Positions 1 through 15,335 of a DNA stretch of 64,000 nucleotides are shown here, piece by piece. Positions within the stretch are counted from its first letter, which is position 1, and each line of letters begins with the position of its first letter. The position numbers and the translations under genes are program-made. The DNA is from Eledone cirrhosa (lineage: Eukaryota): NCBI GenBank assembly GCA_964016885.1, contig OZ024740.1:270010001-270074000 (forward strand), given 5' to 3'. Below the pieces are notes generated by a model, which searched no databases, had not been told where the DNA came from, and saw nothing but the letters and a program-made list of their open reading frames with translations.

Positions 1-109
1 GCTCTCTGATTTCAAATCCCCCCGATACCAACATTGAATTTTATCCTTACGATGTCGGAAAAAAGTACAAATCTACAAATGGAGTTGATTATTTCTATAT
101 ATATCTTAA

Positions 110-240
110 GGCATGTGGCTGATTGGTTAGAGAACTTGATTCGTAATCGTGAGGTTGTCAGTCCGATTCCTCGACCGGGCGATACGTTATGCCCTTGAGC
201 AAGACACTTTATTTCACGCTGCTCCTTCACGCTGCTCCTT
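110..240 (+). mobile_element. tRNA-derived SINE fragment
   Basis: A-box-like TGGCTGATTGGTTAG, degenerate B-box region GTCCGATTCC, then CCCTTGAGCAAGACACTT, a segment typical of metazoan SINE bodies. Confidence 0.55.
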
Positions 241-2514
241 CCGCCGATAGTTAGTATTAGCAATTGGAAAGTTCAACGGAAACATTGCTTCCTCAGTCCG
301 ATTTGACGAAAGTCGATCGACAATTTTTTTTTATATTTTAACCCACCGCCCTATAATGAGATTGTCTACGTTCAGACCAGGAGTTGGATGGGCTCCTCAG
401 TTTAAAGTGTCCAACACGCACCAAATGTAAGAAGGCCAGGATTTTCAATGCAGTAAATTCTACCTCCCAAATATCTTTGTCCGACGCTCTTCCAATTTGT
501 TCAATTGATTTAAAATATAGTGAAAGCGAAAATAAAACAAGCACAGCATAACCATGATTTAATTTTATAGATCATATTTGTTTGATAATGTTGATATTTT
601 GATGATTTGACATGAAGTCAGAATTTGTGATTTTAGATTTTAGTGATGACATTCATATGTAATAGCTATCAAAACTTTTAATACACTGTCAAAACTTTTA
701 TACACTTGTTTCTATTATAAATTCACAGTATATTTTGACAGTTTTCTTAACCTTTAAATCAATTCTTAATCCTCAATTAGTGGCGAGTTGAATTAGTGTG
801 AAATATAATTTTTTTCACAAACGAACATGCGAAATTGAACACACGTACACAAGCACACACACGCGCACACATTTGTTTGCGTGATTACGTGCAAGCATAT
901 ATGTGAGCGTATGCCTGTAGTAGGATAATCGATTTAATCATCGTTTGGATTTGGCAAATAATTTGTTCTCTCTTTTTAATATCACCTATTAATTCTCTTA
1001 ACTCGCTTGATAGGCAATTGCGTTACATTAAATTGTACTTATTCTGTTAAATTGTCATTCTATAGTGTCAAATGTTGTTTATATCCTATTAAATATTGCG
1101 TTTTCTTTAGTTTATAGGAGACGTTGAAATTACAATTAATTTTCCCTTCATTCAACTTATCGCTAAATTTTAGAATTCAAAGAGAAAAACAAAATTGAAT
1201 TGGTAAAGAGAGAGAAAAAGATTATTCGAATATCATGTCTACTTCAATTTAACTTTCACGATTTCCATTTATATATTTATTTATCTTCTTCCACGTCGTA
1301 AAATTGTATCGTGGAAACTGTTCTACTAAAGATAATGTTAATTTAAATGTCAGATATAAAAAAACAAATACAATTGTTATGTGGTTATATTGTTATCTTT
1401 AGAAGAAACTCCATTGCGTCTTTTAGACGCATAGATTTTGTATGAAAACACACATGCTACTATTTCTTCAGCCCAGATCGAAAAAAGCCTATAGTCAAAG
1501 ACATTCTACGCGTATCATTCTACCCGCATTTTGACACACATAATGTATCCAGGATTATATTATCTAATGTGAGATTTGAGGAAGAATTGGGTGCAAAGCA
1601 AGTGATACTGAAGAGGCCTGCCATGTCGGATAGTCTTAGAAAAATATTTAAATGAGTTGTAAACGATATTTGATTAAATTAATCAATATATTATTGGTGC
1701 ATGTGGTCCCGTTCCCACTTAGGAATTAACGAAAACGTAGAAGTCGAAGAGAAACAGAAAATAGTCTTGTCTTCTTTAAAACCTTCATGTCGGTACTCAA
1801 GCAATTCCTATTTCTCCTAAATTTTAGTTTCAATACTTAATCATTAAAAAATATTCGAATTAAGGTGTATGTATAAGGTTGTTTCGCTCCGGGTCTACTA
1901 TGATGGAACCAACCTATTATGTAAAGCGTTCCAACCTGAGCCATCCCAGGTTTCTTTTCTTTTCAGACATTGAGTATCTAATAATATATCATTCAATGTA
2001 GCCATAGGCAAAATCTGTCTGTTCGATGGTAGGGTCTCATTTAAGGAAACTTTGGATGTTATCTCTAACAGATGAAGCAGCTACTGGGATGAAGTTGATC
2101 CATTATGTTCAATAATATTACTGATTTTATGAACAACGGTGAAATTAAGTGCTAAGCAGTTTCGAAATTAAAACGTTAGTTACATATCTAGATATTTATT
2201 GAGTGCACCAGCATCTCCACTACCATTCCAGCTTTGATTTTTTGGGATAATAATAGAATAGATTACTACTCGCGTTATGGCGTTTAATTGCTGTGTCCTT
2301 TTGTCCCCGTGGACAACACAATAGGCAAAATGAATAATATATTTTGAAATAAATATATGTATCAACTTGAAATAAGTTAAAATAAAACAAATAAATACAT
2401 AAATGATGCCACGATTAACGACTACTACATTAGGCTAAAGCACGTCATAACTTTACTCCCATTCAAAAGACTAGAAATATAGCATGAAAATGAAATATAG
2501 AAATGTGTTGTACA

Positions 2515-3446
<932 letters not shown>

Positions 3447-3489
3447 AGAATATAAATATTAATAAAATAGATGTTCTTTTGATCAATTA

Positions 3490-3544
3490 CATTTTATTAT
3501 ACATATTTCGGATGTACAACAGTACGTCCTCATCAGACAAAATA
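3490..3544 (-). ncRNA. Minimal type I hammerhead ribozyme
   Basis: Minus strand: UAUUUUGU-CUGAUGA-GGACGUAC UGUU GUACAUCC-GAAA-UAUGUA-UA-AUAAAAUG; 8-bp stem I including G-U pairs. Confidence 0.75.
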
Positions 3545-3637
3545 TAATTGTACATGACATACCCTGAGATGTTAAATGGTTACCTTGATTAAATCTTAAC
3601 CATTTAACATCTCAGGGTATGTCATGTATCATTATAA

Positions 3638-3689
3638 TTTGTCTGATGAGGACGTACTGTTGTACATCCGAAATATGTATAATAAAATG
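3638..3689 (+). ncRNA. Minimal type I hammerhead ribozyme (second arm)
   Basis: UUUGU-CUGAUGA-GGACGUACUGUUGUACAUCC-GAAA-UAUGUA-UA-AUAAA; 5-bp stem I. Confidence 0.7.
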
Positions 3690-4325
3690 TAATTGATCAA
3701 AAGAACAACATATTTTATTAATATTTATATTCTAATATTAATAACTCTGGAAAATTATTTTTCGTCGAGTGCTTCCAATCTACTGTAAAACTCATTCTTT
3801 GATATACTCATTGAATTTTGTTTTACTTTTCAATATATATATATATATATATATAATCAGCCCATTATTTTAATTCAGTGATAATATTTTGTGTAAAATT
3901 TTATCTTTTAATCTTTTTCCTATTTACTATTCTATAGCCGCATGATCAACTTTATTTTTACATATCGACAGTTATTCAAATACTTATACAATTATTCAGC
4001 TTGTCACGACATATGTTAAACAAACATAACTACGAAGCGAAAGAAAAGAGTGAAAATATATATTGAACAGAATAAAACATGTTCGAGTGTTACGATTTCA
4101 ATAAACTTAAATATGGAAGGAAATCAAAAGCACAATCGAATTCTTTAACATAATGAAGCTATGTTATGAGTATCTATAAATTTATGCATCAAAATAAAAA
4201 GAAGTATTTTTTTAATGCACCCAATTTTCACGGGGCCCTCTAATTATTAAATAGTCATTGACAGCTCTTTCAGAAACACCAAAAAATATGTTAGTCTACC
4301 AATGATATGTTCGACAGATAGCTCC

Positions 4326-4381
4326 TCTTCTTCTTCTTCTTCTTCTTCTTCTTCTTCTTCTTCTTCTTCTTCTTCTTCTTC
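4326..4381. repeat. (TTC)n microsatellite
   Basis: Directly visible. Confidence 0.95.
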
Positions 4382-5057
4382 TCTCACATATTCAAGAGAG
4401 GGTCGCGGCAGCATAGTCCTCAAACACTCCTTTCAGAAGGTCGTGTCAGAAGCAACCATATCCAACTTATCCTCCTGGAACCCTAAGCGAAATCAGCCAA
4501 GCTCATGGATATTACACAACCATCTTGATTAGGGTTTACCCTGGGTCTCCTGTTTGTTGCTTTTGCTTGTAAAATCTGGCCAGTAATTTTTCCTGGGACT
4601 TTCTAAACACAGGCCCATAGTATCCAACCTATGATCTCTCAATTCGGAGAAGTAACCTTTTAATGAAAAGTATTCTAATATATTTTTACTGCATATGCTA
4701 GAAATGAAGGAAATGATACCACCATGCGAGTGGTAAGTATTCTCTCAGCAGTAAATAGGTATCACAACCCAGTCATAACATTAATTGATTTTACAGGAGA
4801 ATATATCTTCTACGGGTTGGCTTTCTAACTAGAGAGAATGAAAGTGTGTGGGGGTGGGGGGTGGGGTGGATTAGTGGATTGAGAATAGTTTTAGATATCT
4901 TCTCAAATTCACGAAAATCAAGAACTATAGTGTCCATTCTATATATATAAAGCAAAGAAATCACTATGATTTTCAATGCGTTTCACTGAATATCAAAAAT
5001 CATAGATGACATACTTTCCTTTTTGTAGGAATGTGAGTCTATTTCTAAAATTATTCA

Positions 5058-5350
5058 TTCTTCTTGTTCTTCTTGCTCTTGCTCGATGAGACTGGGGCCA
5101 TCCTAGGTCAGCAATCCCCGAGACATCACCGTGCGTAGAGCCACCCACTTCTACCAGGGTCTGCCATTGATTGTGATCCCATGCCTGGCCATCTGCATCC
5201 TCTGAGGTGAACTCGAGCCTCTGGAGATCTTCTTTAATCACATCCAGCCATCTGGTGTGAGGCCTGTCGCTGCTGCATTGAACGAGAGTAAGACTCTGGT
5301 GGGATAACTAGTGGGAGGCGGAGGACATACCCAAACCAGCGCATGCAGTG
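5058..5350 (-). mobile_element. RTE-type LINE 3' fragment
   Basis: Minus-strand translation gives WFGYVLRLP and RWLDVIKEDLQRL, typical of the RTE ORF C-terminus; (AAG)n-like tail near 5058-5080. Confidence 0.55.
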
Positions 5351-5534
5351 GTTGGATGGCTATGAACAGATTATTTTCATAATATTTTTCCTGGGAGTAA
5401 AGATAGTTTTTGTAAATGTTTTACATAACCAAATGCAAACATTACCTTCTTAGAAAAACAATATTCTTTACAAAATAATAGAAGACATAGTCAAGAAAAT
5501 GAACCATGGTGTTTATTTAATTTATTTCAAAACA

Positions 5535-5728
5535 TTAATTGTTTCTACTTTTGGCAGAAGGCCAGCAATCATCCTAGTGTATTACTGGTACTTTATTTTA
5601 TCGACCCCGTAAGGATGAAAGGCAAAGGTAACCTCGGCGGGATTTGAACTCAGAATGGCAAGGGCTGTAACTCTTTGCTGCAAAGCATGGCGTCCGACCC
5701 TCTACCAATACTGCCAATCCACCGCCTT
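5535..5728 (-). mobile_element. tRNA-derived SINE (octopus OR/OK-like family)
   Basis: Minus strand: GGCGGTGGATTGGCAGTATTGGTAGA (A box), GAGTTCAAATCCC (B box), GCCTTTCATCCTTACGGGGTCGATAAAATAAAGTACCAG; further copies at 51.4-51.8 kb and 55.4 kb. Confidence 0.8.
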
Positions 5729-5957
5729 TATTTCAAAACATTAATGATATTAATTTCTTTGATTAATATCAGACATTATATATATATTAGTACGACGCTT
5801 TATATTTCGAATTAAGACATTGAGACCAGTAAAATAAAGGAAGTGTAATTCTTAGTGGCGTTTCGAATATAAGTTTCAAAAAGGTCATTTCTTAACGTTT
5901 TGAATATTTTTAGAAATCATCTGAAGTCTCAAATTCCTATATCTCCCCACACGAAAT

Positions 5958-5994
5958 ACACACACACACACACACACACACTCACACACACACA

Positions 5995-6060
<66 letters not shown>

Positions 6061-6782
6061 CACACACGCACACACACACACACACACATACACACACATA
6101 TATATGTATATATATATGTATATATATATATGTATATATATGTATATATATATGTATATATATGTATATATATATATGTATATATATATATGTATATATA
6201 TATATATGTATAATATATGTATATATATATATGTATATATATATATATGTATATATATATGTATATATATATGTATATATATATATATGTATATATATAT
6301 ATGTATATATATAAGTATATATATATGTATATATATAGATAGGTATATATATATGTATATATATATATATGTGTATATATATATGTATATATATATATGT
6401 ATATATATATATATGTATATATATATATGTATATATATGTATGTATATATATATAAGTATATATATATGTATATATATATGTATATATATGTATATATAT
6501 GTATATATATATATGTATATATGTATATATATATATGTATATATGTATATATATATGTATATATATATGTATATATATATATATGTATATATATGTATAT
6601 ATGTATATATATATATGTATATATATATGTATATATGTATATATATATATGTATATATATATGTATATATGTATATATATATATGTATATATATAGTATA
6701 TATATATGAATATATATATGTATATATATATATATATGTATATATTTATGTATATATATGTGCATATATATGTATATATGTA
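5958..6782. repeat. (CA)n then (TA)n/(TATG)n microsatellite
   Basis: Directly visible. Confidence 0.95.
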
Positions 6783-9700
6783 TCATCATCATCATCATCA
6801 TCATCATCGTTTGACGTCCATCTTCCAAGCTTGCATGGGTTTGGACGGGAGTTTTCCCACTTGAGGCAATAGTGGTTGTCTTGCTTGTATAGGACTGTCT
6901 GGCGGGTTTTCTACGGCTGGATGCCCTTCCTAATACCAACCACATTTACAGTGTGGACTGGGAGGTTTTTACCGTGTTACCTACACGGCCACATTACAGC
7001 GTGGACTGTGTGTTTTTTGTCGTGACACCTACACGACCTCATTAGGTTCGGACTGGATGTTGTGGTACCAACATATCTTTACATTGAAAGGGGTGATGTG
7101 GATGGGGTGGGGGTAGTGGGACCGGGGGGGGGGGGGGGGGGGGGGTTTAGAGGTGCCTACTTACTGTAGTAGGTTTCACTTTGTACTTAGGTAAGGCGGG
7201 TCTTCTGTATTACTGTGTAGCGCCAAAGATCTCAATCCAGTGACATTGTCTTGGAGAGGTGTAAGTGTGTGAGGTCGGAATTTATCAAGTCGTCCCAGGT
7301 TTTTCTGGGTCTGCCTACTCCGTTGCTACCGTCTATTTTTATTGCCCTGCACTTATTTTATACAGCTGTCATCTTTCATGCGCATCACGTGACCATACCA
7401 AGATAGTCTTCTCTCGAGTAAACAACATCTGATCCCTCTTATTTCTAATGTTTCCCTTACTTCGTTTATGCTTTGCCGTTCACGTATATTACTATTACAC
7501 ATCCAGCAGAGCATGCAAGCTTCGTTCCTCTCCAGTCTGCGTATATTCTCTGCACACAATGCCCAAATGCCCAGGTCTCACTGCCATGCAACATTGCTGT
7601 TCGTATGCAGGCATCATACAGCCTGCCTTCCATTTTTAGAGAGAACCCTTTAGCGGCTAATAGTGGTATAATCGCTCTGAACTTTTTCCATCCAGTTCTG
7701 ACTCTAGCTACTGTACTTTCAGAGCACCCTCCACCACTGTTGATTTCGCCACCCAAGTAATGGAAGGTGTCCACTATTTCTATAGAACCATCTGTGCAAT
7801 GGAATGAGCTAGTATTCTGTGAGCACTTGCTGCTACTTATTGCACCTGAGCACCGGCCACATATACATTCTATGTTCTTAGTTAGCTTACCTGTGATCCC
7901 ACTACATCTTTTATGCACCCATACTTTGCATTTGGGACATAAAATGGAGTTTCTACCTACTCCTTTCCTACACACTGAGCATAGCCATTTCCCGGATGGA
8001 ACCGGTGCCCTATTTTCCTTCCTACAAACTAGAACTTTTGTCTTAGACAGGTTAATTTTAAGGCCTTTTGATTCTAGGCCATGCTTCCATGTTTGGAATT
8101 TCTTCACTAGTTCAGCCATTGATTCAGCTATGAGCGTTAGATCCTCTGCGTATAGGAGTTCCCATGGGCAATGGGCAGCCGGTCTTGAACTCCACTGTTG
8201 TAGCCTGAAGAGCAATAATAAATAGTAGGAGGCTAAGAACGGATCCCTGATGAACACCAACTTTTACGCTAAACTCTTCACTATATTCGTTGTTAATTGT
8301 AACCTTGCTGACTGTTTCTTTATACATGGCTTGTATAGCTCTCACAAGCCATTCATCAACACCTAGTTTTCTAAGAGCCCACCAGATAATGGAACGGGGG
8401 ACTCTGTCAAAGGCTTTCTCCAAGTCGACAAAAGCTAAGTATAGGGGTTTACTTTTAGCTAGGTACTTCTGTAGTTGTCGTACAATGAAAAGAGCGTCTG
8501 TGGTACTTTTACCTGACACAAACCCGAACTGCATTTCATCTAGATCAATTCGCTCTCTGATTAATTGCGCTATTACTTTTTCTGTGACCTTCATGACCTG
8601 GTCGATTAATTTAATGCCTCTATAGTTACCTCTATGTAGGGCATCTCCTTTACCCTTGTAGCAGTTAATGATGATGCTGCTACGCCAGTCCTTCGGAATA
8701 ACCCCATTCTGTAGACTTGGTTTACTATCCGGGTGACCATGGTGTGTCCCACCGTTCCAGAAGCTTTCAGCATTTCAGCAACTATTTCCGAAGGCCCAGC
8801 CGCCTTACCCGTCTTCATATCTTTAATTGACTTACTTCTTATACTACCTTTGACTAACACTGCTGGTCCCTCTATTGGATCGATGTGGGGGAGACTGTCT
8901 TTCTCCCATTTATTCTCCTCATTTAGTAGCCTTTCGTAGTGACACTTCCAAGCTAACTTCTTATCAGCGTCAGTGATGGCAAGTACACCATCATCATTAA
9001 GGACACACTTCTCCCCGACAATATCACGGTTTTCCTTGACACATTGCCTAGCAATCCTGAACACCTCACGTTTTTGGTCCTCGCGTTGTAGAACATGCTT
9101 GAACTTTCTTTCCTCTGCTTCCCTTCTTGCGATGTACACTTGTCTCCTAGCTTCCCTCCTGGCCACTTGATAGTCTTCTCTACTTCCCCCATCCCGCCAT
9201 ACTTTCCAAGCCTGCTTTTTGGCCTTAATTGACTCCTCCACCTTACTGTTCCACCACCACGTTACTCTCCTCCTGCCTATAGGACTGCTCCATCCACAGA
9301 CTTCGTCTGCCGCCATGAGCAGGTTTGCTTTCAGGAATTCCCACCGTTCCTCTATAGTGTACGACTCTAATTGCTCTTCCTTACTGTCGAAAGCATCAAG
9401 TAATATGCTTTTAAATTTATTACTGGCTGTGGGGTCCTTTAGCTTCCATATTTTTCTCCTGAGGATAATCCTCTTCTGTTGTCGAGTACTTCTCCTCCTG
9501 ACTATGAGGTCGCTAATTATCAGTCTATGTTGGGAGGTGCATTCTTCATGGGGGAGGGATTTAGTGTTTCCAACAGACACTCTGTCACGTCTTCTGGTAA
9601 CGATATAATATACCTGGCTGGTATGTTCCCTCGATCTATAGGTGATCAAGTGATTGTCTTGTTTTTTGAAGTTAGTGTTACAGATAGTTAGGTTATTTGC

Positions 9701-10560
9701 GTCACAGAATTCCAGGATTCTGGAGCCTTCCTCATTTCTAGTACCAAACCCATAGCCTCCATGGTTTCCGTCATAGCCGTCACAATGTTGTCCAACGTGA
9801 CCATTTATGTCGTCAGCAAAAATTATATAGTCATTGTCGGTTATTTGGGAGGTAGTGAGCATCAGTGTCTCATAGAATCTGTCTTTTATAGCGCCAGGCA
9901 GTCCGGATTGGGGTGCGTACGCAGATATTACTGTCACAGTAGTTCTATTTAGAACAAGTCTTATTTTAATTATTCTGTCATTCACTCTATTTACGTCTAT
10001 TATCTTATCCACCCATTTTTCTGCTAACATGATTCCTACCCCACCCAGCCCATTGTCATTTCCCACCAGAAAAGCTTATAGCATCGTTTTTTACCCACAT
10101 TAATCTAGCAGACACGCCCCTCCATCTGGTCTCTTGCAAACATCAACCTCCTTACGTTCAAGCATTTCTACAACCACGTTAGAGCGGCCTTTTAAGGTGC
10201 CTCCATTCACGGTACCAACTCTGAAGTTTTGGATTGCGTTTGGTGGGTGGGGCGCGGGGAGGGGGAGGGGGTTGGGGTTATGTTGGCCATCCGCGGCCGA
10301 AACAAAGAGGAGGAGTCCTTGCCCTTTCGTCGGGCAGCATGAGGTGAATTTGTGGTTATCTTTGGCATTGTCTCCGAGTGTCCAGATTCTTCAAACTCTC
10401 CAGAAATTCCTTAGTCCATCCATCATATCGAAAAGCAACCAGGAGAAGTGAAAGCATAGGCCGCAGACTTATGATTGGTCCAAATAATAATGGTGGAAAG
10501 TAGGGGTGAGAGGGGTATGGGGTAGTTAGCGAGGAGAAGGTTTAAATAAAGCAATAAACA
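6783..10560 (-). mobile_element. RTE-clade LINE, near full length, decayed; (GAT)n tail
   Basis: APE and RT domains (see pseudogene entry); (CAT)n at 6783-6807 is the 3' tail; 5' boundary approximate. Confidence 0.85.
7255..10235 (-). pseudogene. RTE ORF (APE endonuclease + reverse transcriptase + inserted Cys/His finger), frameshifted
   Basis: GGVGIML, VISAYAPQ, NGHVG, SQHRL (APE); QFGF, AFVDLEKAFDRVP, GVHQGSVLS, LLYAEDL, FHYLG, MLHGSETW, WYGHVMR (RT/C-terminus), split over ORFs 8606-10066, 8124-8594, 7466-8260 and 7353-7559. Confidence 0.9.
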
Positions 10561-10984
10561 GTAACAAGCGATTAAAATACACAAGATTATTTATAACAGC
10601 CAGACAGAATTATAGAATAGCATTGAGAAGTAGGATTTGGATTCTGGGCGATTATACAGATATATGGATGAACGAACCGAATGGTGGGGATACAAGAAGA
10701 AAATCGTATTTTTACATTACATTTCGTAGAAGTGGACTGACCATTAATAAGAGTTGACAAATTCTGAGATTCGTACCTCGTAACAGGTTTATTTATATTT
10801 GATGCGAGTAGGGAGTGATCGAGAGAGAGAGAGAGAAAGAGAGAGAGGGGGACCAACAGTCACGTATGTGATAGAGATGGGGGGTTGATAGAGATTTAGA
10901 GGGCCGAGAGAGGCCATTTTTATGAATCCTGGAAAATTTCGGCTAAAAATGGTAGTTAGCGAAACAGTAACATGTATATATGTA

Positions 10985-11027
<43 letters not shown>

Positions 11028-11067
11028 GTATATATATATGTATATATATATGTTATGTATATATATA

Positions 11068-11580
11068 GGTTTCTTGGTGAGGAGGGTGACTTTGGACATC
11101 CTGCAGGACTAAAAGCAAAATCTGTCAAAGGGCAAAGGATCTCTTAAGAGTCAATAGCCATCCAAAATCACCGGGAGAGATGACCACTTAGCCTTTGTCA
11201 AGGCAGAATTCTAGGAGAAGGAAAACTCTGATATAACACCAGCGACCCTGAGGGTATCCAATGATGTTGACTTGTTCTTCTTTTTGGTAAATATTATCTT
11301 GGTTAAGAGAGTGGGACTGGCTTTGTGCAGTGCCTTTGCTCACTATAAAAGCTTCACGGCACAGGCATTGCTTTATCTGGAGATCTCTCTGCACTTGTCG
11401 TCACATGGTACCATGGGCCCAGCACTATTGTCAATAATTGTCACAGGTGTAGTGTTTGTACCAGAGTTTTCAAGTCGCTGGCTGGACTAAAAAGCCACAC
11501 TCGTTCAGCGCATCGGTAGGGGTTCTCCTACATGGATATAAAGTAGTGGCCGTACTCGAAAACGAGTTGGCAGCCACCAT
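11068..11580 (+). mobile_element. 3' fragment of an RTE LINE related to the 26.4-30.3 kb element
   Basis: Encodes [20 protein letters not shown] (cf. [15 protein letters not shown] at 26478-26540); ends GCAGCCACCAT-(TA)n, like GCAGCCATCAT-(TA)n in the other copy. Confidence 0.65.
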
Positions 11581-12682
<1,102 letters not shown>

Positions 12683-13257
12683 TTTATTGTTCATTTTTTG
12701 TCGATTCTATTGAGTGAGGAATAGCTCCTGTTTATTTTAACATGTCTATTGAGCACTTTTATTCGATATGTGTATTTCCACATTTTCTCGAATAGTCTTC
12801 GCACATGTAGAGGTTATCTCCCTTGCCGAATTCCATGTGCGTATTTAGCATGGGTTAAGCCATTTTATCCGTTCGGACGAAGCTCGTTGAAGAAGTAAAT
12901 TTCCTGTCCGCTGAATTCTAGAAGTCTTATATATTTATATGTGAGCTGATACAGAACAGTTTAAGGATTTACAGAAACCCAAGAAGCTAGATTTAACATC
13001 TTTTTAGCGGGTCCGGGTATGCATTTTACATTCATTTAATTTATTGATTTATTGATTTTTTTTATCTGAGTGTCCCGAATCTTCCGTTATCGTAATTTTT
13101 CGATTGTGCGGTTGATTATAGACTTGTTCTATGTGTGACGGTATTTTAACGATAGTTATAGCTCTGATTTATCTAAATCAGCGAGCACTCTGCCGCTCAT
13201 ATCGAATTTTGTTTATCGTGAACTCGTGCGCCGATTTTTCGATACTCGATCATTCTA

Positions 13258-13362
13258 ATATATATATATGTATATATATATATGTACATATATATATATA
13301 TGTATATATATATGTATATATATATGTATATGTATATATATAAATGTATATATTTATATATG

Positions 13363-13393
<31 letters not shown>

Positions 13394-13424
13394 GTGTGTA
13401 TTTATATATATATATGTATATATA

Positions 13425-13457
<33 letters not shown>

Positions 13458-13578
13458 ATATATATATCTGTATATATATATATATTTATAAACGTATATA
13501 TGTATATATATATATGTCTATATACATACATTTATATATGTATATATATGTATATTTATATATATATATGTATATATG

Positions 13579-13611
<33 letters not shown>

Positions 13612-13719
13612 GTGTGTATATATATAGATAGATAAATATACACGGGTGTGTATGATTGCGTATAGAAGATTATATTAATAAAAGGAATATGTATATATGT
13701 ATATATATGTATATATATG

Positions 13720-13796
<77 letters not shown>

Positions 13797-13900
13797 GTAT
13801 ATATAAATATATATATATATATACATATATATATACATATATATATACATATATGTATATACATATATATATACATATATATATACATATATGTATATAC

Positions 13901-13945
<45 letters not shown>

Positions 13946-13969
13946 TATGTATATATGTATATATATATG

Positions 13970-14000
<31 letters not shown>

Positions 14001-14001
14001 G

Positions 14002-14050
<49 letters not shown>

Positions 14051-14113
14051 GTATATATATATATATGTACATATATATATATGTATATATATATATATAT
14101 GTATATATGTATA

Positions 14114-14164
<51 letters not shown>

Positions 14165-14195
14165 GTATATATATATGTATATATGTATATATATG

Positions 14196-14267
<72 letters not shown>

Positions 14268-14415
14268 TATATATATACATATATGTATATATATATGTAT
14301 ATATATACATATATAGTATATATATATACATATATGTTTATATATACATATATATTTATATATACATATATATATACATATATATATATATTCATATATA
14401 TATATATACATATAT
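13258..14415. repeat. (TA)n-rich microsatellite
   Basis: Directly visible. Confidence 0.95.
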
Positions 14416-14932
14416 AAACGGAAAGAATGAGACGAAATTTCATTTCTCACTTAGTACGGCTGTTACATAAATATAAGTAAGTATGTATACGTACATACAA
14501 ATATGTATACAGCCGTACAACGTCTAGCAACCATCGTTGCTCATTTGTTCAACACTGACAAAGGAACGCTGTACTAGTTTCAAGATTATTAGCTATCTTC
14601 AGCAACGTATACCTTCCTGCCAGATTATTGAACGTCTGAAAGTATATACTTTCCTTATGCATATTAACGGCTGAGCAGCCTAATTTGCATATCGAGTGAG
14701 TTAATCGGCCGGGCACACCGAAAACGATAAACGAAAAAAATGAAACGAAAATGTATTTCTCACTCTTAGTACGGCTGTTATTTAAATATAAGTAAGTATG
14801 TATACGTACATACATATATGTATACAGACGTACAGTAGTATGTATATATATATACATACATGCACACATATATATATATGTACGTATGGATTCACCGAAC
14901 ATTTATTATAATGCTCGGTGTGTTTGTAAACA
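14416..14932 (-). mobile_element. Dispersed copy (>1 unit, internally deleted) of the HHR-containing 422-bp repeat
   Basis: Matches the 48.4-51.4 kb unit (CTTAGTACGGCTGTTA, ACACTGACAAAGGAACGCTGTACTAGTTTC, GCACACCGAAAACGATAAACG). Confidence 0.85.
14567..14607 (-). ncRNA. Hammerhead ribozyme, retrozyme-type, variant
   Basis: CGUUG-CUGAAGA-UAGCUAAUAAUCUU-GAAA-CUAG-UA-CAGCG; N7 changed (tolerated position); one stem II mismatch. Confidence 0.6.
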
Positions 14933-14944
14933 TATATATATATA

Positions 14945-15335
14945 TGAAGGCAATCCCAAAAGTAAGGTCTCCTTCTGACATTGCAACTTTTCCGTTAAAA
15001 TCCTGTGCATGGTGCTTCGGGAAACCTCAGGAACCAAAATGCAGAGAGCATCCAGTGTGATCCGCCGATCTTTACGCATGTTTTCCTCGGAAGAAGACCT
15101 TACTTTTGGGATTACCCTCTATATAATAACTGCGCGAAATTCGCACTTGGCGGTAGCGTTCAACGGGAGCTCATTCTCAATGGTTGCCAAGCCAAGATTG
15201 AGCATCCCAGCGGAGTACGCGCATGCTATTTGGGTGTGAAGGAATCACCGATCACAACAGTGTTGCCAACAGCCGTACGAACAGGTTCTCTGCGTCCCCA
15301 TCGCTTTGGAGACCTTACTTTTGGGATTACCCTCG
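14945..15335. mobile_element. Tc1/mariner-type MITE
   Basis: Terminal inverted repeats GAAGGCAATCCCAAAAGTAAGGTCTCC / GGAGACCTTACTTTTGGGATTACCCTCG flanked by TA; extra internal right TIR at about 15094-15119. Confidence 0.7.

Larger units (their letters stand above)
3445..3833. mobile_element. Non-coding fold-back (palindromic) PLE-derived element with one-sided tail, between (TA)n tracts
   Basis: Arms 3445-3582 and 3597-3735 are near-perfect reverse complements with a ~14-nt loop; each arm carries an HHR; tail 3736-3800 resembles the reverse complement of 20315-20380. Confidence 0.75.

Noticed and set aside
12684-13257. 570-bp unique insert between TA tracts containing CGGACGAAG
   Set aside because: No complete HHR core and no convincing protein motif; left unassigned
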